Below, in pieces: positions 50,855 through 52,878 of a DNA stretch of 52,878 nucleotides. The stretch spans positions 1-52,878 of the forward strand of contig NW_021833943.1 of the NCBI RefSeq assembly GCF_006345805.1, read 5' to 3'. The notes under the pieces are model-generated. The model ran no database searches and was not told where the DNA came from. It saw nothing but the letters and a program-made list of their open reading frames with translations. Every line of letters begins with the position of its first letter. Position 1 is the first letter of the stretch. Origin of the DNA: Octopus sinensis (lineage: Eukaryota). The position numbers were made by a program, and so were the translations under genes.

Positions 50855-52878
50855 TGTTACAAACAACACGCGCGACTAGTGTTCTGTTTCTTTGTACAAT
50901 TTTATTTCATGCTAGAAAAATTTGTATCAAGGTGATTTCAGTATATTACAGGTTCTCATCTCTTTTTAAGTTTGGAGGATGGAAAACAAAAAATAATAAC
51001 TGTATCGATTTTTTTCAGGAGCATATGATCCCCGATTCATTGCAAAGTAGCAATGAAATTGATAGCATTCATACTTTTCAAAGTGCATATCTGTGATGTC
51101 ATTGAAAGGAAATGGATATAATTAGGAATTGAAACCGGGAAACTAAGTTACAAATACAGTTCAACAGGAGATTATGTTTAATGGTGTCTAGCTCTGAACT
51201 ATTTTTAGCTTTCCTTTTATTTTTACTAATGAGATGGTCAAGCGGATATGTATTGATTTATCTCCCATTTCACAGGAATTGTGTTGAAACCATCTGTTGG
51301 CTTTTTACTGTAATATTTTGATAGAACAGTTAATCCTAGGTGCCTCACTTCTCGTAGCGGTTAGTAATATGTACCAAATCATCGGGGAAATTTAACAACG
51401 ACACACAGACATCAAATCTACGAATGATTTATCTCTAATTCTCTTATTGACACATGATCTTAATTGTCTTCTGAGACTCAGGGGAGAATTTAATTTTTTG
51501 AAATTTACATAAAATTCAACTGTAATATATGTATAGTGACAATTCAAGGGATAAAATATATTTTACCGCTTCAAAGAATACGACATTGAAAATAACAACA
51601 AATTATAAAGATATTTATGAAATATTGATTAGCCAAGTGATTGATTGTCTTAATAATTCCGACAGGAATCGTCAGCGGGCAGTTTTTATCGTGGATAATA
51701 ACATTACTCGTCTTAAACAGCGCTTGTTCTGTATTGTATATGAGGTCGTTGTGAGCTAAAATAATACTCGTAAAGTACACTGATACTCTTACTTCTTAGT
51801 GATGTGAATTATACCTGATTGACAACGGTACCTGTTGACATTTAGAGAACACCAGTCATTGAGAAGATGTGTTGTTTTTATTTAGCCCCACCTCAACCTG
51901 ATTGGGTAGGCATATGATGAAAGGTGTTACAACAAGATCATCCCATTTTTCTTTTCTAGCCATAGCATACCCCGAGTGCATGGAATATATTGCACCTCCA
52001 CTTTTTTTTAAAGGCGGTAGTTTGAGATTTGAGGAACTTTTGGCTGTTATATCTAACGGATAGAACAGTAGCGAAAAGGTGCTCTCGTTGGCCAGCCAAC
52101 ATAAATATTTCACATAAAAGCTACCAGTCTGACGGCCTGCTGTTTTGGCTTTTGTCACCTACCACATGGAGCTTGTACATATATTTTGGCGAGCAAAACC
52201 GAAGCTTTTCTCAAAAGAGTCACTGACGTAAGTGAAGGTACAAGGTCACCACCGGGGATCGATTATCACAATATTAAATAAGCTAAATTTCGAAAAAGCC
52301 GACGTCTCATCCCAATTCTAGCTGTCACAACAGTTTGGTTGATTGACGTTTATTCCAATTCTGTGGTACACTATCTCAGCAAGACATTATTACAAGACAG
52401 TACAGCATTACCGGCTATTTAGCCTTCCAGCTATTAGAGAAGAAAGAAGACGTAGAATATTAGAAGGTGAGAATGTGAGAGGCATGAAGGAGAGTAAAAC
52501 GGAGAGTGAAAAAGGGAGGGTTCTAGAAAGAGAAAGATAAATGGGCAATGAAGGAGAAAGTGAAAGAAAACGGGAGGGAAATGAAGGGAGATATGGGAAA
52601 GGAGAAAGAAGAGAAAAACGGGAAAAGGATAGAAAGATTGAGAGTAAGAAAACACTGGGTATTGAGAGAAGGAAGATGAAGACGAATTTATGAAGAAAGA
52701 AGTGAAAAGAAAGTAAGGAAGAGAGTGGAAATAGAAAAGTCGAGAGAAAGAAAGAACGAGGCAAGACTAGGAAGAGATCGAGTTGTGTGAATAGAAAGAA
52801 GTGAACGAACGAGAGTAAATCATGGAAATCTTAGGGAGGAGTCAGAATGGAGGATAATAAAAATTGTGATGGAAAATG

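Overview
AT-rich, microsatellite-dense animal genomic DNA. The SINE repertoire and repeat landscape look like an octopus (coleoid cephalopod) genome; this is pattern recognition, not a database result. No host protein-coding gene can be supported, and nearly all ORF-track entries are translated microsatellites, so the window is intergenic or lies in a very large intron. Its content is almost all mobile DNA: at least four tRNA-derived SINE families, decayed LINEs (RLE/R4-Dong-like, Tx1/L1-like, CR1-like, RTE-like), two mariner relics, two Tc2-type MITEs, a non-autonomous Helitron and several fold-back elements. The most striking signal is a set of fold-back elements, unrelated in sequence, that carry hammerhead ribozyme (HHR) motifs. 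One (17382-17770) folds almost end to end into a rod with an apparently intact type I hammerhead at its tip (U3-A8 covariant core, palindromic stem III, GUC site). A second (47986-48230) has the same rod-plus-apical-hammerhead design on the other strand. Further HHR-like relics occur at about 29.6-29.9 kb, 41.9 kb and 49.3 kb. All folds were paired by eye and none has been tested.
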